A stretch of 64,000 bases of DNA, from assembly GCF_009914755.1 (NCBI RefSeq), contig NC_060939.1. One strand, written 5' to 3'. The notes below the pieces were generated by a model. It was not told where the DNA came from. It was given only the letters and a program-made list of their open reading frames with translations, and did no database searches. Shown piece after piece: positions 13,311-25,123 of this stretch. Made by a program: the position numbers and the translations under genes. Position 1 is the stretch's first letter. The number at the start of each line of letters is the position of its first letter. This stretch comes from the human T2T-CHM13v2.0 reference genome, Homo sapiens.

Positions 13311-13435
13311 CATTCTTTAATTCAACAAATATGTATTGACCATCTACTCTGTGTTAGACATTTTCTAGCCACTGTAATTAGACAGTCAAAACTCCCTGTT
13401 CTCAAGGGGCTCATGCTCTCAGAGGAGATAATTCT
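13311..13435 (-). mobile_element. L2 3' fragment
   Basis: ttcaacaaatatgtattgaccatctactctgtg...ccctgttctcaaggggctca. Confidence 0.7.
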
Positions 13436-16312
13436 AAATTTCCAGTAGTTTTTATATGACAGAAACTGCAAATCTCCTGATACGTGCAGCAAGAAAACAA
13501 AGAGGTCATAAAAGAAAACCAATTCTCAACTCTTCCTGGAATACACACTCCAATATGCAATATGCCTGGTCTACTTTCACAGAAATTCCAACAGAAGGAT
13601 GTCCCGGGCAGCGTGACACAGCAGCAGTTCATTCATTCACACATCCGGATTATCCATGCCTGTGTGTTCTCAGACTCCTTCAGGACCAGATTGTCTTCTG
13701 ATTCTATGCACAGCTCAATTTCAGCTAAGCCAAGTGTTTTCACCACATAATATCCACTTACAATTAAAGACAAGCTCTCCTTGACAAAATTAATTCTAAA
13801 TATTGCCTAGTTCCCTCAAATTTGAAATTTTAAAAATGGACATAGTGTCTAAGAGACACAGAGAACAGAAATAGCAAAGTGTCAGCAGTCTGACTGAAAA
13901 TCAAAAAGGTGTGAAAAATGAGAGGAAAGAACAAAGATAGAGCTAAAATTAAAAGATAGTTAATAATAACAAAAGGTAATGCTAGCGACCACAGTGAGCT
14001 CTAAAAGCAAGCAAATACATGTTGGAGAATATAGATGCCCCATAGTCTGGGCTGACTGAGAAGACATAAGTCTCATTCCTAGACACCTGCCTTAGAATTC
14101 CGAGTCACAGAGGTTCCCCTTCAATCTCACTCTTTGCTATAAAATATGAAGGGTTGCCCCAAGGACTGACTAAGGTGGTATATGTTCATAAGTGCTGCAT
14201 AAATGGAAGGGATGACATAAATGTGGCATCTCTGAGGTATTAACACTTCACAGAATACACTTGGCTCTACCTGACACTGTTGTGTTCATGGTTTTAAAAA
14301 GTCGAGGGAAAAAACTATCGGCTAAAAAGTACAGATGGTAGATCAGTCATTTCTTTTTTGAATTACAGGAAATTCAAGAAATAAACTATGCCTGAAAACT
14401 ACTCATTTGTTCATTTTTCCAGTCAACAAATACTTGCTGGGCTACTGCGTGTCAGGCATTAGACCTAAAATGTTGAACAGAACAGAAATAGTCTCTCCCG
14501 TGTGGAGTATAAAATTACTAATAAACTAGCAAAGACCCATGTTTCATTCTTACAACATGCAGTGTGATTTCACCTATTGTGCACAGTAGGCCTCCAACAA
14601 TATTTGCTGTTTAATTTTCAAGACCTTTTAGATGCAGTAAGAATTTATTCTTCTAAAGCCCACAAAACCACATGTGGTATTAGAAAAAAATGACATGACC
14701 AAACAGTGTGTTGCTAGGTGGTTGTTGTTATTGTTCACGTAAACCATTACAAATGTATCTAGTGACTGACGTGGTGGCCACGACTTGTCCAAACAGCAAA
14801 TGATTTACTGAAGCCAGGATTGCATGACATCCAAAGGCGTTCCCCAGGGACAAGACTGCAGGCATCCATTCAAAAGTATGCATTATCTCAAAATGTTTGA
14901 CGCCTAAACAAACCATTTTTGTGGTGTACTTGCATTTTTTTGGACACTTGAGTTCCAGTTCATTAACGTTTCTGGGGGAAAGCTAGGGATCAGAGTCCCT
15001 GTGGGAGCACAAGGATTAGAGGAAAAGCAATCTAAGCAGCAAAAGACTCAAGATCCCTCTGACTTTGAAGGGCATTGGAAACCTATAAGAAGAGCTCTCT
15101 CATCTTAACAAAGTTGGTATTCCAGAGGCTCCTCTGGGAAGAGTCTCATGGTCAGCCGGAGCCATCAAACTTCTAATGTGCTATAGAAAAATGTACAGAG
15201 CTCCTATTCCCAGCGTGGGAGTCACAGCACCACTGCACACCTCTCAATGTGTGGCCAGCCTTCCTACACATGCCCTTCTAAGCACTGCTTCCATCTCTCC
15301 ACAGGAATGTGACTCCAGAAGGCGGGATGCGTGTGTTTCATTCATTATTATACATCTCCAGTCATTAGCATAGTGCCTGAGAAATACTCATGCATGATAG
15401 ATAAACTCACACCTCCTCTCTTCGTCTTAGAACAATTTCTTTTCAGCATAACATCACACCTTTTTATGGATAGACTTAACAAAACTGAACACTAACAAGG
15501 GCAGCTTGAAATTTGTGGGTTTAAAATAACCAAATGTTTTGATTTTTCTAACTTTAGTCCTCTGGGACTAACACTTTTAGTCCTTTGCAACAAAAGAAGA
15601 ATGGCACATGGTTCCATGAGTAAAAGCATCCCCCACTCCCATCCAACCTGACCAGGCCGTATTTGTAGACTTAAGGTCTTACAGCCACCTGGAAACTGTA
15701 TACTTTACAGAGATGTTCAGTTTATTTTACTGATGGGTAAGTGTCTATTACCTCTCATTGATTTTAGAATGCCGCATTTCTAAAATAGCTAAGTACCTCT
15801 TATATTTCGTTATTGGCCTTTTCTGAATAGACAAGTTCATTTTCCCTTCTGTACCTGTATGTCAGTAAAAGTAAGCAAATCTTTCAGGAATTTTTGGTTA
15901 GCTATTGGGAGAACAAATGCTTCCCAGACACAGTCACCATTACATTTTATGGAAATAGTTTTCCCCTTACCCCTTCATTTTCTCTTTCTTTATTACTATT
16001 TGCACTATTGTAGTTTTAGCCTTCATTACAACTGCAACAGTTGAATGTGTACTAAAGAAAAGCACACGGTTGATGTGCTTCTTTCTTGATGTTGACCTTT
16101 CTATATCCAGCTCAAGAATGTTGGGTTTCATCTGAATAGGGGATCCAAAAAATACGCTGTTCAAGTAAAATAACAAAACTTCTAAGTGGAAAAAATGGTC
16201 AAAATGAGGCCTTTAAGTTTAGGTGTAATTTCAGGGATATGTGAACATTTCATGATACTGTTAATGAAATGATACTTGTCAACCAAGATTACCCTCATTT
16301 TCATGTGAATTT

Positions 16313-16530
16313 AAAATAGTTAACATTTCTTATACATGTATTATGTGCCAGATCCTGTGCTAAGTACTTTGTGGATGATCTCACTTAATCTTCCTGACAA
16401 TCTTACTAGATAAATACTATAATTACCCTCATTGTATAGATTAGGAAACTGTGCCTGAGAGACATGCAGTAACTTGCTCAAGGCCACCAATCCAGCAAGT
16501 AGCAAGATTTATCCTCAGAGCGTGAGTTCG
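16313..16530 (-). mobile_element. MIR (MIRb-like)
   Basis: Antisense core ctcattgtatagattaggaaactgtgcctgagagac...aacttgctcaaggccac. Confidence 0.85.
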
Positions 16531-19500
16531 TGATCAGTTTTCTAGGAATGGCTAGGCAATTAGAAAAACACAACTCCTCCTAATTAGATATTTTAAATGA
16601 AAACATTAAAATGATTGTCATGTGATACTGACAAGTTGGAATGAAGACTCCTTTGAGATATGATTTAGTTCTGAAAATAATTTCACTATCATTTTGTCTC
16701 ATTCATAAAAAGTAAAGAATAACAACCCCAGGAGCCATGAGAACAGGAAAGTCCTGGGTACACTCCCAGTTGGCTCCGTCAAGGGATGGGATGCCTTCTA
16801 GGCACTGCCTTTTGTTTAGTTTTGTGATAGCTTATTCTGCTTGGCAATGTGGAGAACACTGTAGAAAGAAATGAGGCCTAAATAAGGTCTGAAAAGAAAT
16901 AGCCCAATCCCACTCCAAATTATGCCGTCTGAAAAAATAAATAAATAAAGAATTTTCGATGGTGATTTAGGGTTGTTTTCCTCCAAGGACAATCTGAATT
17001 CTATTACATACTTCTTTCCAAAGCCAGTTTTATATCATTAAGATACTGTGGATGCTTCTGCTTTTATCTTCTCCATAGTAGAACAAGAAAGTTCCAAAAT
17101 TTTCTCCAGTTTTCAAGTGAAGTTTTCAAATGATTATATAAAGAATGAGTCAAAATTTACTTCTGGCTTCGCTTTTGCCTTTTAACGTTCACGAGTCTTA
17201 GTTTAAAGAATATATCATTGGAATCCCTAACAGAATATGATCATTTCCATTGGGACTTCAGGAAACAAATGGTTCATGAAGAGCTAATGTATGTTTATAA
17301 AAACATTTTCAATTTGGATAAAAGTTGCCTCCATCCTGTAAGGCTTCTCTTTCAGCGTGGTTCAGTGCCTACAATGGTAAAGGTCAACAATGCCTCCTAG
17401 GAGAGGGCAGGCAACAAGATAAGGGCTCTCTAAGGACAGAGATAGAAATGGATCTATCTTATAAACTCAACCATTAGAACATTCTTTATTTCCTGAGAAA
17501 ACAAATATCCCAATCTATTGTTTACTTATAAAGCTCTTCTCAAACAGTTCAGAGACAAAAGATTATCACCGAGGGAATATGGCAGGAAAGTTGGAGAACA
17601 TTTTTTTTCATGCGTTCACTTCCTACAATATTTCAGTTATAAATAACTACACTAATATTTCCATATAACATACACATAGATTTATAAATATTGTTGTCCA
17701 GAATGTCTTTTCTTAGAATGTTGGATTAAACAGATGTATTTAACATTTAAACACTCCCTCTCATCGACTTCAAGAGCCCACAGTTAAATTATGTAAATCA
17801 ACAAATATTTAATAGATACCTACTCTCTTCACAGCTCTAAGCTTGGTAGTGAAATAGGAAGAAGTATCAGATCTAATTTCTAGTCTTTGACCTATGGGGA
17901 GTACCATAGTCTGACTGAAAGACTATACATAAACCTCTATTTTAGTAGTCCCAAAAGCAGATTAGCCAATTGTGTAATTCCCAGATGATGGGACTCATAA
18001 ACCAAATTGACTTTTTAAAGAAAATACTGAAATAATACCTATATAATTATTTCATATTTTAAAATTAATAGATGATTTATGTTTCACTTAGTAAAGAAAA
18101 TATTTTTAAGGAAACTTAAATATTGCAATTTGCTGATAAGGCTTCCTGAAGCCATGAAACAGAATTCTAGATGGTTTTATGCTGATAGAAGTATTTCAAC
18201 ACAAAAATCAATAAATGCACATGGAAAAAAAGTTTTTTGACAAGGTGAATATGCTCATTCTTTACCTCTTAGTAAATATTTAAAAATCATGAGTACATAT
18301 CCCCAGAGACAAGCACTGGGTCAGTTAATCAGTTTAAAATGTAATAAAATGCAAGAAAAACAAGAATTCATTGGAGGAATAAAAATGCTAAAATGTCTGA
18401 TGTAATCCTTAAAGTGAATGGCAAAAACCAAAAATTTAATAGATTCACTGAGCAACTGAAATGTGGGTGGGGTCCGGGAGGCCAGAGGTGGCCATGTCAG
18501 CAAAGTTGCATAGAAACTGATGGGGCTGGTTGGGGTGGGGGTTTGGGGGCTGGCCTCCTACAGTCAGGAAGTGACTGGGGAGAGAATGAGACTTAAACTT
18601 GACCTTGAAAGAAAAGGATCTAACCAGTATAGAAAAGGGAGCTCTAGCTCTAAGAATATCTCATACTCCTAGTTCTAGAAGTAGTACCCCCAGTGGCTGA
18701 TAAGAACCAGAACCAGGATGGCATGCACACTGACCACATCAAGCCATTAAAAACTAGGAAGTTATCGGTATTTAATGGGATAGTCCAGCTCTCCTATATG
18801 ATTCTTTAAAGTATTTGAGAACCAAACCCCAAAGGATGAGTGTCTCATGCTGTGTTTAAATTTATGGTCAAATGAATCCTCTTAGGAACCCAAAAGGTGA
18901 ATGATTAAATAATGAAGATCTTCCTCCAAAAACCTCTAGACATTTAGGCAAATATTTATCTTTAAAATGAGGATCATACATGGATTCAAAACATCTATCT
19001 AGAATATGAAAATGTTGTCATGCAGATGTCAAGTGACTTTCAAAATGACTGTCAAAATAATAAGAATCCAGATCTCCAAGATGAAGACATTAAAGGTGTT
19101 AAGGGAAAACAAATTGGAAAGAAGAAATTCTAAAATTCATGGGCTTGGAGATGTGAGTTAAACTAAGTAAAAACAGTTTCCTTCCTGCAGGACTCCCAAG
19201 AGCTAACAAACCCGATGCCTCCCCAAGAAGACATGGGATGGAGTTTCCAAAAATGATATTATATCCATGGCAACTTAATTTCATGGAACCCCTCATGGGA
19301 CTGATGTTCTACAAAAAGTACTTTGGCACATCGTCGGGACCATGAAGCCCCATGTATTTGTCCAACATATGTTCATAAACCAAAAACAGCATAGACTCTC
19401 TAGAGACCATAACTACTGGGAACATAAACATTAAGTGTTCTGAAGTACTCTCAGTTGGGCATATAAAATTGGTAAGGATTTCCTGAATGCCGTCTATAAG

Positions 19501-20293
19501 AAAGTGAAAACAGTTTCAGAAATAGACCAGTCTTCCCACTAATTTATACATACAAAGGGGCATTTTTTAATCCCAATATCCTGCTTCAGACAGAAATTGT
19601 ACAGAAGCACAGTTCAATAGAATGGAAGGGCATCGTGGAGAAGCTTGCAATAGGCCCTCCCTTCTTTGGAGTTATGTGAGTTGACGTTGTGCCTTTGCCT
19701 CTTCTCCCACAGAAGGGCTCCAGTACCATGAAAGCTGACACAGCAGGGTCCTCCCTTTTCCCCAGGTCAATACAAGCCTCTAAATCTGTACTAACTCTTC
19801 CCTTTACCTGTAGTACTTTCCTTTATCTCCTCTGCCTAGCTAAATCCTGGCCCTGCTTGGTTACTTAACTGTTTCCAATATAGTATGCATGTCTGTCTTT
19901 CCAAAAATTATTTTAAGGCCCTCATGACAAGAGCCATACACTCCTCTCATGATTCTATCATCATGCCTAGCTTAGTGCCAAGGCTTTATTAAATATATGC
20001 TGTAGTTGTTATATCTAATTGACATGATATAACATGAGATTGAGCTTTATCACTTATATTTGATCAAACTTCTACTAAGACAGAGAACCTGAGAAATTAG
20101 GCTCAGCTCTGAGGCCCCAGTTCTTTTTTTTAATGGTTTACTTTTCAAATATCAATGCAGCCTCTCTTTGATTTTCTAAGATGCTGCTTTCTGAAGAGCT
20201 GGAGAAGCAGCAGAAGGAAGGAAAAGAAAGAAAACTGGAAATCTAGTAGATACTTTGGGTAAAGTTTGGATATGTATTACTGGAAGTTCTAGA

Positions 20294-20587
20294 GTTGTGC
20301 TGTCCAAGATGATAGCCACATGTGGATATTAGCTGGTCCAAACTGAGATGTGGTATAATATATGCATTGGATTTCAACGACTTAGAATGGAAAAGAGAAT
20401 ACAATATATCTCATAGATAATTTTTAATACTGAGTATCTATTGACATAAAACTTTCAGATATATTGGGTTAAATAAAATATATTATTAAAATTAATTTCA
20501 CCTGTTTCCTTTTACTTTTTCATGTGGCTACAAGAAAAGTTAAAATTATATATGTGGCTCACATTATATTTCTATTGTTCAGTACTG
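20294..20587. mobile_element. MER33-like hAT-Charlie MITE
   Basis: Termini gtgctgtccaa / ttgttcagtactg; internal atattgggttaaataaaatatattattaaaattaatttcacctgtttc; ttcta on both flanks. Confidence 0.8.
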
Positions 20588-21767
20588 TTCTACTGTTTGA
20601 ACATCTAAGATCGAAAAGTGGTTCAAATATTAAATGTGGGGCTAACGACATATAAAAATTAGTTTTATCTTTTTAATAAGTTCATAAGAGCTAAAAAAAA
20701 ATGAAGTTAAAAAAACTGTTTTTGAAGATGAAACCATGACACTAAATTTAACAGTTGTACTAAATGATTAGCTTTGATAACACAAGAGAATGTTAGAATC
20801 AAAATTTCAATTGAACCACCAAGGGAACAGATGCCACATTCTAAGTCAAGTGTGATATTTTGATGCATAATTTGCAAAGTGGGTGATGATGACCTCTTAA
20901 ACCTTTATGCATATCAAGAGTATTCAAATGTCCAAAGTAGCAAGTGATGGGAAGCGGGTTACTCTGGAGAGAGCTGGGCTGTTACTAGCCCTTCCTGGGA
21001 AACTGGTGAAGGGCCACATTATGATGCCAAGTCATGAGAGAGGCTTCAGGGAGACTCCTCAGATTGCATGATACCTATCCCCAGAAGTCTGGAGGACACT
21101 GTGGACTAGGGACTGTCAAATGCCTGGAAACTGTCTGGCCAGATGCTTGGACAATGGTTCCAATGAGCATTTGCTAACGTGTCAATAGTTTGCACTCCAG
21201 CAATTTATCGTGGCAGAAAAAATGCATGAATGTTTTCTGCCAACAAGCTAGGGGCCGCCAAAAAGAAAGCTGATGTGGACTGAGCCTAGCTCCTTTCCCA
21301 GATGGCTCCTTGGAGCAGCAAAGAGAACTCAAGAGGCTGGAAGTACCACTGGATGCCCAGCGACTGAGGAAGAAAATGTCAGCAACAGTCAGAACACAGA
21401 TGCCTCTGCCCCCATTAAAGGAACTATAGGGGAGAAAGTCCAAAACAGACCAGATGATTTCATCTACCAGCAGGAGAAGAAGTAGCCTACAAAGTGGGCC
21501 GAGAGGGACAGTGAGTGGGAGACAAAAATCAAGCTTCTTTCTGGTTGCATCCCATCCCCACTGCTTGTTCATACCACATATGTGCAGCCTGCGAGACAGA
21601 GGAGCATGTGTGCCCTCAGTGTATACAGTTACCCAGCCACAAAAAAACGAGTGTGTGTGTCAAAAGATGCAATTCCTGGAACTATTCTAGGAAAATCTAG
21701 TTTATTCAGTGATCCACCAGCTGCCACAAATGTTGCAATACCACTGTAGACGCACAGTAACATTTAG

Positions 21768-22110
<343 letters not shown>

Positions 22111-23896
22111 ACATTGTTACTTTCCATTGAAACTAAATACCAAAAGAGAGGTTCATAGAGGCCTTCAGTGTAGTTTAGTAATGACAGTTTACTGCCTTTT
22201 GCTTTTGGAAAGAAGAAAATATACATAGTTCACAGAGCTCTGCCTTCCAAAGGCACATGGAGAATGGGAGTTAGCCTGTGGCATTACCTTGGGAACTTTA
22301 GTGATAGCCACCTACAATTTAAAATTATGTAAAATTCGTGTCAGAAATGCAGCTCTGTAAAACTTACTTCTACATAGAGAAAAAATAATAATGAATCTGT
22401 ATTTTATTAATACCTTCCTGAAAAACACCAGGAGAAAAAAAGCACAGGAAAATCAGCTCCTGATTCCATGAAGCTCTCTAAACAGGTCTTGAGATAAGGT
22501 AAAGTTTTTACTTTCTTTTTCGAAGCAGGTGTTTCCAAAATGGACTATCTGATTATTATATATTTGGATAATTACATGTTAGTCCTTTCCATTCACTAGA
22601 CACAGTATAGATGCTGCCTTTTTGGATTTATATAATATGTGTTTATCAACTGCTTAATGTAGTATTTTTGAAAGTCATTCAATAAAATCATTAGAAAGAT
22701 ATCTGTGCAAAATCATTTTTACATCATCAGAGAAACAAGGTGTGAGGACAAGTTTCTCAAACGTCAACTGCACATATAAGAAGGAGGTGGAATTACAATC
22801 AACCTAGCTGTTGTTTGTTCTATTCTGTTTCATTGTTGTGCTAACAAATACAAAAACCTTTTCAGCTTCATTAAGACTGTAATTTCCTAGGAAGCAAGTA
22901 CCTGCATGAAGAGCTAGTTCACTTTCAACTGTTCTGCTTCTCTAATGAACTAAGGATTATTTCAATCCTCTCATTTTTATTCTACTCCACTTTGGCCCCA
23001 ATTGTTCCTTTTCCTTAAGGCTATCAGTTCAACAATGCTTTCCCCTATACTTTATCTACTGATAGCCAGCATAACAGCCAACAGACTTTCTTAAGTTGGC
23101 AGAAATCCAAGTATTGTCTTCACAGTTTAGACTTGGGTAGGAATTTAACACAGAACAAATGCACCAGGATTTAGAAGAGTCCACGTGCATGCTAATATTC
23201 TGAGGATACATGATGAGCAGCTTCAGATGGAGAAATGAGAGAAAACTTCTTGCTATTTGCATTTATGCTTCCAAAAGGCTTCATCCTCTGGCTCACATAA
23301 AGTTTGACATTAAAACATTAAACCAATTCCATGTGCTTTATGAACCACATGAGAAAATTATTTTTAGTATTTTTTAAATCTAAGTCTGCTTTTGATCCCA
23401 AACAGCTAAAATGTGTGATTACCCACTGTAGTCACTAGAATTAACAGTAAATTACTGTAGGCTGTTTCTGAAAACTCAAATGCCTCCTCAAAAGGGAAAA
23501 AAAAAAATCACACACTGATTTGAATGTATTGCTGATTCTGTAAAGGCACCTCCAAAAAAGAGTTCCAAACACATTTTGAGCTGTTGTAATATTACAAGAA
23601 AATGATATAACTTTCCATGATAACTGCACTAAATGACAATATTCATTCCATATGTCTACTTCCAGGCATGTTAGTTCAGTCCTTTGGAGCACATTTATAT
23701 GTCCTGTAAACACACAGGAATCTCTCTCTTTCCAAGAGCAGATTCGTACGTTGAAATCAATCAAATAGAGGAATATTCCAAAACCCTACATTTGAAACAT
23801 CCAAGAATATGCAAGAATCCTTTCTTTTGCCTTTTCATCTTGACTTCCATTCTAAGATTCATAGTTCTAGGTTTCTTCTTACCGTTCCTCAGAAAA

Positions 23897-24036
23897 GTCT
23901 TTAGAGTTATGAGTGGCCCCTTTCCAGTGAGGTCTTTAGAGTTACGAGTGGCCCCTTTCCAGTGAGGTCTTTAGAGTTATGAGTGGCCCCTTTCCAGTGA
24001 GGTCTTTAGAGTTACGAGTGGCCCCTTTCCAGTGAA
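23897..24036 (+). repeat. Minisatellite, 4 x 35 bp (gtctttagagttaYgagtggcccctttccagtgag) organised as 2 x 70 bp
   Basis: Units start at 23897, 23932, 23967 and 24002; the variable base alternates T,C,T,C. Confidence 0.97.
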
Positions 24037-24044
24037 GTCCAAGT

Positions 24045-24287
24045 ACTACACAGTGGCTATGTGCACAGGCTTAGGAGCCAGAATGTCTAGGTTCAGGCCT
24101 CTATTTTACCACTTATAAGCTGTCCCTTCTTGGACAAGGCACTTGATCTCTCTTTGCCTCTGCTTATTCCTCCATAAGATGGGACTTATTACAGGACTTT
24201 TCTCATAAGGTTGTTGCAAATCATCAAAGTGAAGTGCTTAGCACACCCCCTGGCACACTGCAAGTACTCAGTACATGTCAGCTGTTC
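24045..24287 (+). mobile_element. MIR
   Basis: ggagccagaatgtctaggttc...ttggacaaggcacttgatctctctttgcctc...gtgcttagcac. Confidence 0.85.
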
Positions 24288-24927
24288 TTACGTCCAATGG
24301 CCGCTTTATGATTCTCATTCTCAGACCTTCGATGAGTCTAACAATTGCCAAGTTATTTCTTGAACTCCTTTTTGTTTGTTTGGTTCAATGCTCTCCTGGT
24401 TCTCTTGCTGTATCTCTTTGTTTCTCTTCTTCCCTAAGCCTATTCATCATCACACCCCACCCCCATCTCCAAGTTCAGGTCTATCTCCATCATTCTTTTC
24501 TCTTTTGACATGACCCTGAAAAGTCTCATCCACTCATATGATTCACTGTGTTTAATACAAAGGCATTTAACAAGATTTTAAATGTGCATTCTGAGGCAAG
24601 ATGGCAAGAGAAAGGGATTCCACACAGTTTTTTTGTTAGCAGTAACTATGGCAATATACGACTAGCTTGTATTGTCATTGCCAAAACAGGCACTGACCTC
24701 ACTTCAATAATCTGATAACAAATGCTAACATACTGTACCACTGAGCTAAGAAGTGATTAAGTTCTACTAGTTGCTCAAGGCCCAAGCAAAGAGAAGGCAA
24801 AGGGTCGGAGTAGGAGGCAACAAGAAAACCACAAATGTGAACTTACCAAAAAAAAGTGACAGGAAGAAAAATTAAAGAAACTTGTGGTTAAAAAAAATAA
24901 AGACACAATCTTTGACAGAGAAAGCAG

Positions 24928-25123
24928 CAGGAGGTGGCAAACTTGAATGCTCACAAGGGCTAATACCTAAGCTAAATGAATGAACTTGAGCAAGATGTGA
25001 CAATAGGTAGTGGTGGGGACTATGACAAACTAGAAGATGTATTTAAAGGTATTCCTATTCAGCTTTTAAAAAGTAGACATCACAGGCCAAATAAGCCACA
25101 GGTCTCTATTTTTTATCCTCTGG
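24928..25123. mobile_element. MER102-like hAT-Charlie fragment
   Basis: caggaggtggcaaacttgaatgc...gacaataggtagtggtggggactatgacaaac matches recalled MER102. Confidence 0.65.

Noticed and set aside
18478-18496. CTCF-like ggccagaggtggcca
   Set aside because: Core spacing is one base short of the consensus
23897-24036. CRISPR-like appearance of the 35-bp repeats
   Set aside because: Units are directly adjacent with no unique spacers, in primate intronic DNA; it is a minisatellite
24722-24749. tRNA A-box-like TAGCTCAGTGGTA on the minus strand
   Set aside because: No B-box or cloverleaf follows; too short to call
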